Assembly: GCA_049724395.1 (NCBI GenBank)
Contig: JAUGWO010000059.1
Location: forward strand, 1 to 64,000
Reading direction: 5' to 3'
Length of the DNA stretch: 64,000 bases
Source of the DNA: Spongospora subterranea f. sp. subterranea
Lineage: Eukaryota
Of the stretch, positions 48,822 through 63,000 are shown one piece after another. Each line of letters opens with the position of its first letter. Position 1 is the first letter of the stretch. Below the pieces are notes generated by a model. It was not told the origin of the DNA. It did not search any database and saw nothing but the letters and a program-made list of their open reading frames with translations. Both the position numbers and the translations under genes were made by a program.

Positions 48822-51800
48822 ATGGACGAGCTGGATGAAGATCTGGCAAAGGTGGTGACCCGGAGCCCTTCAAGAGTTCACCATGAGAAGTCGCGCAAGG
48901 GCCCAGCTTGGCTGTCGACAACAATGTTCGCATCGACGACTTTGTTGACCACTTCCGATTCATACGACAAACCTGACTGTTCAACGATAGAATATTCATC
49001 AGATGGTGACAGCTCCGACGACGGATTGGGCGAATACTCGGAGTTCATTTCCGGAAGGTTCGCCAGCCGCGAACCCAGAATGTCGGATGCGCGATTCGGG
49101 CTCACGAAGACGCATCGATCAGCATCGGTCTCGACGCATCACAAAGATGAGGAAACCAACAATGGCGGGAATGACGATGACGACGACGATAACGACGACA
49201 ACGACGATCTGGTGGAACAGGCGGAATGTGTGCCAGGTCTTGAGCGGTGGAACAGCAGCGAATCGCTGACCAAACTGGAAGAGCATGTGAGCGATCCAAT
49301 AACGGAGGTCCAACCGATTCCCGATGCCGTGCCGGCAGAGGTGAAACTGGAGATGGGTGGCGACATCGTTAAGTTGACGACGACCCGACTGTTGACGTTA
49401 CAGTCGATGTTTGTCAAATGCCTACGCTGTGTCGAGCGCAGTTATATTAACCTGGCGCGAGCGTCCATCGCGCTGTCGAGGAAGCCGCGCATGCTGAACG
49501 ACTCCGAACAGATGGCGATCTTCGTCAACTGGCGCGACATCGCCACGATCAACGTCGAGATGAAGAGGGCAATGAGGATCTGCCGACATACACACGCCGA
49601 AGACGAGACCGCCGTCTTGACGTCGATACTTCAAACCATCTGCAATCACGTGTCGGCGTATTCGAGAATTTATTTGATTTACGCGAGCGAGAATACATTC
49701 TCGATAAGGTCGCTGGAAGGGATAATGAGGCGCCGCGAAACCTTTGCCGATTTACGTGAGCTCAACGAACGCTGCGATAATGCCAAGCTGGATTTTCAGT
49801 TGGCACAGCCACTTGTTTACTTCAAGGAGGTATTGGAGGTCGTGACTGGATTGAGTTTGGGTGCAGCATCTATGGAGGCAACACCGTTGGGAGTACTCTG
49901 TCAGAGATCGCGTCTGCTGCTGGCCAAGCTGGCGAACGATATTGATTACGAGGTGAACCTGTCCGAGGCACGATCCCGAGTGATCGGTATCCAGGAGAAG
50001 CTGTTCGCCGGCCAAGTCAACCTCGTGCAGCCAGGGCGGTATTGCGTCCGCTATGGGCCGTTGCAGAAACTCACCTCGGCCAATAAGAAGGACGGCAAAA
50101 TATACACGTTTTTCATGTTCGACGATCTTCTTCTGGCAGCTGATGGTCGTAGTGGACAAATGCGCGTCAAGTACGTCCTCGATTTACAGGATATGAAGGT
50201 ATCTCGATTATTGCGAACGAATGCCGTTTTCCCGGATTTATCATTCCATTTTTCATTCAGGTGACGCCACCCAGTGCTGGAAGTTATTCATTCCACATCG
50301 AATCGACAGTAAAGTCGTTGCTGCTTTCGGCGCAGACCGAAGATATCGCGGCGTCCTGGGCTGCCGATCTTCAATATCATGTGAATAATTTGTCGCAGCG
50401 GCGTAGCCCACACAACGTACGCAACCCTTTTCAACTGGACTCGTTCGTGCGTGACGAATCGGCGCGGTTACACTTCACTGTCGACTCGAGCGTCGAGGAA
50501 TCCCATGAGATTCTGGCGTCGAAAAAGGAGGGCACAATGAGTTCAGTGAACACGTTGGCGGAGCCTTCTACGCCATCAACAGCGTTGGCATCGGGTATGG
50601 AGTCATCTGAAGACGGGGAAGCTTTTGAACCCGTTTCACGGAATACACTCTCGGCACCGTCAACACTGGCGAGCGCGTTCAAAATCCAGCTTACGAGCGC
50701 CTCAGATCCGCGAGCATCGACAGCCTCGACGATGTCAATGCAGCTGTTGAGTCAGTCCACCGGATCAGGGAACTGTTTTGGACAATCAATGCAGGGATAT
50801 CTACAAATCAAAGGCATCGCCTTCGGTTCATTGACGTCAATGTTCTTCGTGCTGAACTCGGATAAAGCCGAGCTTGATCTTTGGAAGCTGAAGGCTGAAG
50901 CACTGCGAACCATTTCTCATCCAAAGAAGGTGATTCAGTTGAAAGACGCGGTCGCGTTTCCTTATGATTATCCAGACGGAGCGGGGTTTGAGCTTTTCAC
51001 GGCGTCCTCGAAACGGGCTCAAGTTATGATCGCTCCAGACGTTGTTGCCCGTGAAGCGTGGTGTGACGCCATTAACAAGTTCAAGTCTCCTGATCGGGTG
51101 ATCGAGTCGTGGTTCGAGAAGCGCGGCGGGGAGCAAGGCAATAAACCCTGGCGAAAACGGTATTTTGTCATGGTCCGCTCCAGCCGTGTAATCCTCTACT
51201 TCACCAAACGCCAGGTATCATCACATTCCACAGGCTAATCTGTTTCCATATCGCAAACCCACTTCTGGAAACAATATTTATCCGCCTTCGTTCTAAAACT
51301 ATGTAACGACCGTACATATTTGATGAAGCTGCAACTTGATCTTGACTTTTTGTTGAGTTTTTATGAGGGTGCACAGCATATCTCATCCATGTTTTCTACG
51401 CTGAATACATGTGTTTCTCGTCGATCTTTATTTTATTTCCAATTTCTGCTGCAATTTACACTGCCATTTGATTTTCTGCCTGCCCAAACAAAACAGCCCC
51501 AGGGCTGACCAAAACAGTTCCAGCAAGTAACGATTCTCGATGTCGCAGTTGTAACGAAACACGACTCGATGCCGTATCGTTAATGTTGGTTGGATTTTTT
51601 AGGATGCTGGGGGATCAGAATGGCAACTCAACGCCAACGGGTCGATAGATGTACATGATTGCACGGTACGTCTGGTGGACGTTGACGAGGCGCAGGCCAA
51701 ACTGGGCCGGGCCTCGGTCATAGAGGTAACGCCGGCCAGTACGCAACGCCGCTTCTACCTATCACAGAACGACCCGGCAGAGTTAGCCAGATGGATCAAC

Positions 51801-51830
51801 GAGATCAAGAGGTTGGTGATAGGGTCGTAG
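48822..51830 (+). CDS. RhoGEF-like protein (divergent DH plus three PH domains), 3 exons
   Basis: Acidic N-terminus; CVERSYINL, IFVNWRDIATIN, LDFQLAQPL (DH); LVQPGRYCVRYGPLQKL...YTFFMFDDLLL (PH1); MQGYLQIKG...REAWCDAIN (PH2); SWFEKRGG...WRKRYFVM...ARWINEIK (PH3); introns 50199-50260 and 51215-51602. Confidence 0.85.
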
Positions 51831-52919
51831 TTCGCTCTGATTCGCCATATATTGTAACATTTATAAATATACATCGTATTGGATACTCCTATTACATTCT
51901 GAAAAAATTGTCCTTCCGCCGGACAAAAGTTTTGCTGTAGATTGTTCGTCCTGGATCCATAATATAAAAGAAAGATAAATACAAAATGATGGGTCTGTGT
52001 TTCATGAGGTTTTCCACGATATCGCAAGGCAAACGCAAGAGGATTGCGTCAATATTTCCGAAACATAACAGAACGGAGTACTAGCAATGACCAGGGTGTC
52101 CTGTGGTAATGGAAGACCAAACGTACGACAGGAACGGCCAAGGCGCAGTCCTCTGCTTGTAGGCCGATGGAGACATCATCAAGTCTATCAGGAGCTGCGA
52201 CTAGCAGATACTATGATCCAATATGCAGAGAGGCAAATCCCGGAATATTTGGTTAAATCATGTTAGTTTGAATATTGGCACAAAGATTTTTGATGTAGTT
52301 TCTTTGCAAAACATTACTATTCCATTCTTTGTGGCAATTTTTATTCTGATCGAAGAGTCATCGGGTCTATTCTGTCTTGAATGTGAAACTGTAATGTTTC
52401 GGTCTTGAACGAGTGTGACTCTAGGCTCAGGCCGCAAGCGGACATTTCCATAGCAATGCCATACGCTTTTACCTAGAGGAAAAGCCGAACGGGAAGACAC
52501 AAATAAACAAATACATCATCATGTTTGAGTCCACGACAAGAAGAAGTTAGTTTTGCGTGAAAGGAGCCTACTTCAAGGCCTAAATGTTGTCCGAACCAGT
52601 CATTTGCTTCTTTGCTTTCCCTCCACCAGACCAAGGATCTCTCGTATGTGCCCAGTGCTCAGACCACAGCCTCAAACAAGATTGTTTTTACATCTCTCCA
52701 CTTTGTGGGTCCATTGACTCGCACTAATCGCTCACCCGTAAAGTCGTAGCGCAACATCTGTCGCAAGGATACAGCAGCTGTAACATCAACACTCGCACTT
52801 TTGTGATTTCTTTGAAAAAAGATATTTTGTACATTTCGTAATTATTGATCTTTCGACGAAGTAGACACTTGACGCAGGCCGGCGGATTTTGACAAATCCG
52901 ACGTAGCGAGGCTTCTGCC

Positions 52920-53642
52920 ATGGGCAAGGCCATGTCGAGGCTCGGACGGCCCAGGGTACGCCTTTTGTTGCTGGGTCTCGATGCCGCCGGCAAGACCACG
53001 GTTTTGGCCTGGATGAAAAAGGGCGCCCATCAGGAAACAGTCCCAACAATCGGATTTAATGTCGAAGAAATTCTATATAACCGTACCAGAATACAAATTT
53101 GGGACGTTGGCGGCCAGGATCGTCTTAGAGCTTTATGGAGGCCGCATTATCGCGGTACGTCAGGGATTATATTTGTCGTCGATAGCAGGTTGGTCATTAT
53201 CTTGTTGGCTTTTTCTCTTTTTGCGCTTTGACATTCTGATTTCTTTTATAAGCTACGTAATTGGGCATGAATCCTTTTCCCCTCGTTTACCTTATATTTT
53301 CTCATGAATTTCATCACAGCGTTATTACCACGTTATGTGAATTAATTTTCCATGATGTTTGTTTACGATTCTTTCAGTGACGCAGCGAGGATAACACTGG
53401 CAAGGCAGGAGTTAATGTCCTTGATGAAGGAAGAAGCGCTCAATGGCGTTTGCCTTTGCATTCTAGCAAACAAGCAGGACCTACCGGCTGCAATCTCCAC
53501 TCAGGATCTTGCCATCGCTCTTGGTGTCGCTCAAATTGAAGCCCTGGGCTATACGTGCACGGTGATTGCTTCCATTGCCAATCAAGGCGAGGGCATCGAT
53601 ACTGCGTTGAGGTGGCTATCTGGCCATGCAAAGCCTATATGA
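52920..53642 (+). CDS. ARF-family small GTPase, 2 exons
   Basis: MG myristoylation start, GLDAAGKTT, TVPTIGFNVE, WDVGGQDRLR, ANKQDL; intron 53189-53377. Confidence 0.95.
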
Positions 53643-54078
53643 GCTGATTCAGGGCGTCTCAAACTTTACCGAGGCATATATCTCTATCTCAGCATCATTC
53701 AGGTACTTGTTTTGACGTCATACGTGTCCCGTTGTTTGCCTTTCAGTTTTTCTTTGTAGTTTTTTCCATCTAACCATTCATTTCAAATTTTGTCACTTTT
53801 TGGGGTCTATATCTATTTCTGTCACGATATCTTAATTCTTGTTTAGGTTTATGGGCGGCGATATTTTTCCAGCACGGCGGACTCATAATATTATACTACT
53901 AATATATATTCCTACATCATTTTCGTATAATTTGCTGTCGACCCGAAGTTATGACCATTGACAAGCCGTTTTGTTGTACTAACAGGACGACTTTCCACCA
54001 CATTACTGTTCTCATTTTGAAATTTATTCTTTAATAAATGAAATACTGTTTGACATGGTGCTATTGGACCTCATGGGG

Positions 54079-56221
54079 CTATAGACGCGATCGAATTTGA
54101 TCATAATCGCGGATAACCACCCTTCCGACAATGACCGTTATGTCATCAATCTTTCCTCCTTCAAACAAAATTCCTGCGTCCGAAGCGTTTTTCGCGAACG
54201 GCGTCGCCCGCGAACCTGATGTTTTTAAAGCTCGACGATGTGCGGCAGTCGCAAGGATAAACGCCAATTCTTGAACGTCGTCGGATTCATCTAAATTGCG
54301 ATTAGAATGAAGGGTCGCAACACATATATCCAAACTTGAAATGCGGCACAAGTAAAACCGAATGTGAATGACATCGAAAAAAGCATCTATGCAACGAACC
54401 AGATAGCCTTTGAATGTCAAAATCGAATAGATTGTCCCAAAGGCCGTCAGACCCAGCAATAATCAAATCTCCAACACGTACTTGGTGGTTTGTGACGGAC
54501 GCGGCTTCCTAAAAATCCAAAAACCGGTTAGTTTTGCAATACATTGTTGACAACAAATGCGCAAAACTCTAAAAAGAACTTCTATAGCAAAAGCAACATT
54601 CGACCAATGCCGACAAAAACAACAATTATTGTTCTTTTAGATATTAATAATCATAATACAATAGAAAACGTATTGAGTTAGCGGTAATGATTTATATTTT
54701 GTGATATTTATACAGGTTCATCGCTGGACTCAATCCCAAGTTGATACGGGCAATTGAAACGATGCTGTTGCTCAAGAGTCTTGTAAACTATCTGATAGCC
54801 CCCGACGATTGCTGTTATTGCAAAATAAAATCAGCATATCGATTCCAAAGCTCTTGAACCATATTAAGGGTAACCAAAATATTTGAAATTTCTGAATAGA
54901 AACCCAAGAGGTAAAGGAGAGAACGTACGAGATGATTTTTTCGGAGAGTTGGTGCTCGGTTTGGGTACCATCTTAGATGTAGACGATTCGACGCCGCCAT
55001 CGAGTGGCATCGCGTTACCTTCATCCTGTCTAGGGATGCGACTGAGCAGCATAACACCTACCAGAATTCACCACAATTGTTGGTGCACAAACAACAAAGC
55101 ACATGTATAACTGGGAAGAATTCACATTATTATTAAACACCATGTATGACTGTGGATAAACAAGTAAGCACAAAGGACAACTCGGAAGTCGGTCGACCCG
55201 ATCAAGAATAAGTACTTCGCAAAACAATGGCGAGTTCATTCAACAGTATGCAGCAACACAAGCTAAAAAAGTAAAGCAAAAACAATATATTGTTGAAAAC
55301 TGAACGCGAAGTTTTGTTTAAAATATTCTGTAATTTATGGCGATTACTGATTAATACAAAAGAGCAAAGGCAAAGAAAAACCAGCAAAGACATATTGTTG
55401 AACATTGAGCGCGAAGATTTCCCAAACCTGAGTCTCCAAGATTGGCCAGCATTAGACGATCCTCGTGTAACCTGCCGACAACGGCCGTACATGATCCCTG
55501 TATTCCCTGTTCCCGAACTTGATCGTAAGCAACGCGAAGCGCGGCACATGGGGAAATTGGCTCCTGTCTAGTAAATTGATGAATCTAGATAAAAATGATA
55601 CAGCATGCGAGTGCTACTCATCAGAACTCGCGCAAGCTGCGATTGCACTCTCTGTGTAACGCATCAATGCCCTGCAAAAGAATATTGAAAATCGTCAAAA
55701 ATAAGCACTTGTGCAATGAATTTAGCAAAAGCTAGTTGGAATGCGTAAATGTTAAAGTTGCACTAAGCACTCCAGCTAAAAATGTCAAAACCAGCTAACA
55801 GGAACAATTGCAAGTAATGTTGGCTGGTGCTTGAGCACTCGAAAACGGAATTGATTTTCAATTAAAGAAATGTTGTTTGTAGCCGTAAACACTGTTACGA
55901 CTTGAAGGGAAGTAGAAATTAATTTTGATTAACGGATTCATGGAATTGGTACAATTACCTGGAATACTTTGCAGGGTTGATACCCATAGAAGACCAAGCT
56001 CCCACGCCATCGGCAATACCAAAAGAACTTGTCGCGTGACTATAGAAGAAGGCATCCTCACCACCCTTCTGCACTTTTTGCGGATGGGGCAGAACGGCCA
56101 GACCGAATTCCAGTTTGATACGCGAGCGGTCGTCGCCGGTCAATGCAGAACCAGAACCGCCAGCAACAGCTACCGAAAAAAGAGAGAATCGGCCTGAACA
56201 GAGCACCGTTTTCCTCAACAT
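54079..56221 (-). CDS. PTC7: PP2C-family phosphatase, PTC7 type, multi-exon
   Basis: GGEDAFF, GIADGVGAW, GSCTAVV, ANLGDSG, EQQHRFNCPYQLG, GDLIIAGSDGLWDNLF, TPFAKNA...GGKIDDITVIV; start codon uncertain (56221-56272), N-terminus presequence-like. Confidence 0.92.
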
Positions 56222-57440
56222 GAATAATAATGGACAATAACGCGACATTGGGAATGACCTGAAAAAGTACATTTAATCAATCACAAGTGAACATAAAGGG
56301 TGGCGCCCGACAGACTGTGAAAGAAGCACCAGCAGTCGGGAAGTGGGACACGCATCAGTGATGGGTGTACACATGCGCACGCTCAGTCGTTCATGGCTCT
56401 GAAAATCCCAACGTTCGTCGTGTTCATTAATTCATTTGTTTCGCCGGTAGAGTACAGTAGACACAGTTGTTTGTTAATACTGGATCCTGGGCAAGCCCAA
56501 TTTGGACCATCGGATGTGCAGATCATTCATTTAGTCACGCTGGACAACACGCCCAGCAATGCTAGAATTGGGCGGGTATTAGCTGCAAACGAGAAATTCG
56601 TGCCGCTCGATTGAAGTGCTCAGTCTGACAGCAGGTTATAGCAAATCTTCCAAGCTCCTTGCTGATCCAACGATCTTGAATGAAGCAATGCCCAAGTTTA
56701 CTTGTCTATGACCACGATTAAGACGAAACCAGTAGTGAAATTTCAACGAAAGCGCTACTTGAGGACATCTGCCAATCAATCAGACATGCTCTTTTGCACA
56801 ACAGCTTATCGACCATGGGCTTCATACGCGCTTGCAGACACATTGTTACTGTGAATCCATCACGCCGATTGCGCCTGTTAGGCGCCAACAATTATGATCA
56901 ATATATACGTCTGGTATTTTTATGCAGTTGCAGTTAATAACATGAATCATGCCGAGTTGATTGTGCAAATTGTCCCTTGATGCCAGAATTCACGGAAACT
57001 TGCCATGTTTGAACGCGTTCTGCAGTCAGAATAAGGTTTGAACATTTATCTGCGAATCCCGGACACGTGTTTTCGAAAACAGGTTTCAGCAAGGTCTGGC
57101 AAACGGTTAGACATATTTCGGATGCACTTTTTTCGTCTTTATTGAGTTGAGCAAAAGGCCGCGCTTTCTCGACAGGTTTTTGAGTTGAGTAGTTTGGTAC
57201 GACCTCCTGGTTTCACCACTTAAGTTTCGCGTATCCACCTTTGTTTCAGGCATAGATCTATCGATTTACCAAGTATGGTTCATTTACCTGATGCCGACCC
57301 ACCGCCAATCGAGGCATTTGGAGTCTCAACAGACTTTTTTGCACAGCCCGGCTCTTCAGCTGGCTTATTCAATAGACAAAGCCTCGGCGGCGTTGGCTGA
57401 TGAGGGACGCCGTCAAGATTTTGTTGCTGGGATGACATCC

Positions 57441-58056
57441 TGATTCGTCCATGGGAAGCCGTCAGAGGACAGACCATGAAGTGTTGGGACGGCATAGGCC
57501 TATACTCCTGAAACCTGGTCCCAGGCTGTAGTGGAAACAACCTAACAAAGCAGCCAGCCTCACCAATTGCGGTATTGTGAATCGGAATTGTGCAGCGAAA
57601 ATTCGTCAGGCATGCTGACGTCGAACTGGTTGCCACGGCTGACTATTTCGGATAGTTGAGTTTCAGAAGAGATTAGAAAAGAATGATCGCCCCAAGGCTG
57701 GCCGACGAACAAGCAATCTGGCTGATTATGTTGATCTACCAACATACTGAGAATTCCCCGAGAAAGTTTCCGAGAATAATGGCGTTTTTTATCAACAACG
57801 ATCTTTTCAGATTGAGAATCACATCCCCAACAGTCAACCGTGGCAACCAGTTCGACGTCAGCATGCCTGAGGAATTTTCGCTGCACAAATTCCGATTCAC
57901 AATACCGCAATTGGTGAGGCTGGCTGCTTTGTTTAATATTCCAGAGGTTGTTTCCCCTCCAGCCTGGGACCAGGTTTCAGGAATAGAGGCCTATTGAGGC
58001 CTATGCCGTCCCAACACTTCATGATCTGTCCTCTGCCGGCTTCCCATGGACAATCA
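57441..58056. mobile_element. Foldback of a PIF/Harbinger-like transposase N-terminal fragment: arms ~57441-57653 and ~57823-58056, ~170-nt loop
   Basis: Arms are reverse complements with few mismatches and indels (e.g. CGTGGCAACCAGTTCGACGTCAGCATGCCTGA); right arm encodes FSLHKFRFTIPQLVRLAALFNIPEVV...DQVSGIEA, resembling recalled protist Harbinger transposase N-termini. Confidence 0.75.
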
Positions 58057-60044
58057 AGCTCGCGTTGCTGGTGTGTCCTTGAAGTTGAGTCAAGTTGACA
58101 CAGAAACTTGGACACGTCTGAGCCCATCAACCAAAACAGTTCTCCAGCCTCATCATCGTTAGGGGTCCCGCTTTCCTACGACAATCAATGTGCTGCTTGC
58201 GATACAATTCGTCGCTGTCAATGCGGCGTGCATCCAAACTAGTTGCATGGCGTTGCCATTATACTGTATTCCAAATTCTGCACTGTCAAGCGCAGGGCGC
58301 TCAACAGAACCGGCACATTCAGAGTCTCAAGGAGAAAACTCCTGGTATTTCTGCTGAATTTTCTTTCTGTCCTAGCGTGATACCGAGTTGTCTGGGGTAA
58401 TAACAACATCAGCGCGTCTCTCAGATGCAGTGGAGTCAATCTGGCCAGTGATGGCACTGTTTTGAGGTCAGCGCAAGACAGTTGAAAAGACTAAACGATT
58501 GGCAATTATTGTGAAAACTGTCGATATTCCCTATTGGAAGCGCCGGGTCGCCGCATGTGCGCGAACTGGTGAGATGAACTGAATCGTGGTACCGTCGATT
58601 AAATCTTATTTCCGGTGGCACCGCTTTGCTATTATCAAGACAGTCGTTCGCCCCTTACTATTTCGTGTGGGATCACCTTTAATATCGGAAATGACTTGCG
58701 GTTATCGATGTTCAGTGAGTAAGAGCGCGATACGGCACGAGGCTGAACCTGCTACCAAGCAACATCGCGTTCGTGAGCCATTCGTGATGACGAAAATATT
58801 GAAGGGATCGTTTCCATGCTCATAAGACCATCCATCCACACCGGGTGTACACATCGTGCACGTGTCATTCAATGCCATCGATGGGTCCCATATTTTCCAA
58901 ATTACATTTAATATCTACAGCCGATTCTGCACAATTTCTTTGTTGAAAATCAAGTCTAAGCAGTTCGAGCACCTTAAGAACTTGTGCCAAATCGGCTGTA
59001 GACATCAATGTAGATTCTTTGAATTGCTGTCACCAAGCTGGTTCTTTGAATTCGAATGGCGCTTCGGAATTGCGGCAAGGCCTGATAGTCAAAAATAATG
59101 TGATTAGAACAGCGGTTGTCGATTTTTACGGGAAATTGTCTACAAAATCTTGAGGTTGTATACTGGCACATTGATCATCCACATGATTCAAGAGTCGATG
59201 AATCTTGCAGCGCTGCAGTCTCCCAGCGTGGTTCGCATGCAAAACACTCTGACGGTTTCTTCATCTGGAAAACAGATGCCGATGCATTGAGTGTCTCGGG
59301 CACGAGATACAATTTGGCCAACGCAGTCTGTGTGAGTTACCTATTCCTTCGCGTCAAGATAACACAGGCAAAATGCTCATGATAGATTTGGTTGACGATT
59401 TCTAACCAACACGGGTGCGTATCTGCTGCAGCCGCTTGCCTGAGTTTAGGTAGCGTCGGCTGCAGCAAGATTTCTTCCATGACTTCGGCGCAACTACGTC
59501 GCCCCAATATGTGGCGCAACCGAATCAGCAAAACTCACTGGACCGGAAATGCAATGTCTACGTTTTGCTCAAACTGTCCAGTTTGATTTACCCACAAAAT
59601 TCTGAGTTGATTAAAGTTTCTGACATGACTTGAGAAACTGACAATGTCGGAGACATCAAGCATCCCTGCAAAGACATTCGGAGTGTCCCGACCTTGGCAC
59701 TCTTTCGATGACTGTCGATGCAACTGAAACGTTTATTTTTGTTTGGATGGTCAGGAATTTATTACTTTTCCGTCATGTGTAAGATTTGCGATGCTTAATC
59801 ATTGCCGGGCCAGCCATCAACGCAAAATGTAATTCCAATGAAGTACATCTGGAGCGTAGCCTTTATGCCGAAAACAAATCGCTGTCAACCGAAATCGTTT
59901 TGAAAAGTTTGGTTCCAATTGCAAATTGCCCAGATAGTAGTACAAGGTTCGATCCCTCACAATTGACGACCTTAATCTTGATCTTGTTTAGTACGGCGAT
60001 ACCATACCCCTGCTTACGATCAGTAATTCCTTGTTGGTATTACT

Positions 60045-63000
60045 ATGCCAACAAGGATCAGCGCTCCTGCAGGTGTGCTGGTCAATGACCAATCATCAGG
60101 TTCGACGGTTCTACCCAACCTATCGCAGCGTTCATCGTCAAATGTCACCACCGCGCAATCTCCTTTGATGAGGAGAATTTCGACGATGTTTGTCCATCCG
60201 AGTTTACTTTATGGAAAACGGGTGAGCAAATACAAATATGTCTCTTCTCTTTTAATTATGAAAACAGATGTCAACAACGGAAAATTCCTTAAACGAAGGT
60301 GATATTGACTCCACCAACACTGAACTGAGCGTCTGGCGGAAGATTGAGCGCTCTCCGTTGATGCACACCATCTTGATGCTGGCCGATATCTTCGTCCTAT
60401 TCGGTGATGACATCCGGCTGGGATTCCTATCAAAGTATAATCAGAGAATCATCTTGTTAATTCGTTAATGACGGTTTCATATGTGTTGATGGATCAACAT
60501 ATCAATGTTTTATTATGTTGCTTCAAATCACGATACCTACTGCGATAAGTGTGTTTTTTGTTCATATGTGTCATGCAACAACGTGTCAATCGCATTATGT
60601 TGCTATACTAACTGCGATAGAGCACCCGCACGAATGTGTTTCATATGTGTGATGGACCAACGTGGCAGTCTTATGATGTTGCTTTGAAACACGATACCTA
60701 CTGCGATAGATCACCGTACACTATCGACACCACAGTAATATAGCTTCTCCCTTTATTTTATACTCCAATACCTCAGTTCTTACCACTTTCGTAATTTTAG
60801 TGGTATTCAAAGTTGATATTTCTCTGCTGTTTTGATGGTCGTCAGGAAGGAATCTGGTTATTTTCACTGAAATCGTCGGTTTTCAAGCCGACTCTGCTTT
60901 ATGCGTGCACCTTGAGCTACCGCGAGACCACGTGCCGTTTTGACGAAAATATGCATGGAAAGCGGTTGCGATTTTCAATAGCATAATAAGCGTCATAGTA
61001 AAGTTCTGTTCATTTTATAATTTTGATGAAAGGATTTTTATTGAACGGAGCACTCATTATTTGTGTGATAACAAACCGAAAAAATTGACGCTCTATCTCT
61101 CCGTGTTTCTCCTCATAGTGATGTCGACACTGCTTTTCAGTGGATAATGATCGCCATGGCCATGTGCGTCGTATTCGATATTGTTATTGGGTCGCTAGCA
61201 GACACTGGCTTCATTTTCTCGTTCTATTTCTGGATTGATACCTTATCGGCCCTTTCGATTGTGCTTTCTCTAATACCTGTTTTGCGCGACAACGTAAGTT
61301 ATTGGTGAGGCGATCGCCATTGCATTACGTTTTGTCTGTCTCGAAAATATTGTTGCATAAATTTGAGAGAGACCACATTCTCTTTAATTAACTCATATCT
61401 GAGTTAGCAACAATCGAGGGATCTTATTCGAGCTGCAAGGGCTGCCAAGATGGGTGGCAGATCAGCGTTAGTCATTCTGAAGTTAAGGTCGACACAGGGT
61501 GAAAAAGTTCATAACTCTGAGATATCTTGCCATTTATTTTTTTGCATATAGCTCGGTTGCCCAATCAGCCATGGTATCGCATGCTCAAAAGGATTTTTTC
61601 CTCGGCTTCTATAGTTCGCAACCATAATGTGAGTTCTTGAATTGGTGCTGTGTTCCAAGTTGACAGTGCACTGGCAATATCAGGGATCCCGGTTGGTAAC
61701 CGACTTGAACGTACTCATTTGCAAAAGAGCAACAGTTGCTGTGTTGATTATCGTGGCTGCCCTACCGCTTTTGTACTCTATTGGTTCAGGCAACGATAAA
61801 TACTTGAATCACGAGTTGCTCAATTCTGAGGTGATACAAACATTATGGATGTGTATCCTCACTAACTGTGGGTACATATTTCTGTATAGCTGGATATCCT
61901 CGAACAAATGGTGGTTAGGAATTCAGATCCATCAACGCTTAACGCGGTAAATCACGCCAATGATCGTTTCTAGAATCAAAACCGGTAACACAGAATATGG
62001 ATTGCAGGCAATTCGACGCTATTTTGACGCTTACATTGACGTGACCGATTGGATTCCGCTGTCGTTACAGCTGTATGGGAAAGTGGTGGAACTTCCGTTA
62101 ACTTTCTCGCGTAAGCGCTATCTGAATTAGCACTGCAAGTTTTTGGACAATGCAGTGCCGTTTAAGCATTTACACTCGGTAACTGCGTCAAGCAATGACT
62201 AATCGTGGTTGTTGCGATCAGAGGTTGCAGTGGACATCTCCAAATTACGTCCAGCAGAGATCGTCTCTCAGGTCTCGACAAGTGGATTGTCCGTTGCAAT
62301 TTTCAACGGCAAGGCCCAACAGCAAGTAATTGAAATATTTTGCCGTTTTTTCGCCTTTAACTTCATCTCTTATGGTGTGAATTGCGATGTTGTGATTTGC
62401 CCACTGGAAGAAAACCATTGAATGTGATGATATACGTGGTTTACAATTGGTTATAGCTCGGTTACCGTGTATCCATTGGGTTGACGGTCTTCATTATTGG
62501 CGTGTTAATGTGGATATGCATCGCTTTTTCAAAGGACGTCAATCAGCTGGTGGTCGAACCTGTGGAAAATCTGGTTTGATAATTGCAGTTTGCTACATAA
62601 TAACGCACATTGAAGCTTTTTAGGTTGCGCGAGTTAGAAAAATTGCTGACGATCCACTCAATTCAAACAACTTCAAAGATCTCACAATAAAAGGTGTTCC
62701 GCAGTCACCTCGCAATTTGATTACATCGCCATCTAGCCACCAAGTCTCTCCGAGTGAAGCTGGCGCTCCGGGGACCAAAGGGCTATCCAAACTTTTTCAT
62801 AAGCAACATAAGAAGAAGGACTCAAAAACTCACTTGGAAATCAGGTAGTCAGAAGTTGCAGTGGTTTTCAGGATATCGGATCTCACATTTTGTCAAGGGT
62901 GCTGGAGCAAGCTGTGTCAAAAATTGTTGAGCTGCTGGCATTGGGGTTCGGTGAAGCAGGTCGGGAGGTTATTCGCAAGAGCCTAAAAATTGGAGGTCAA

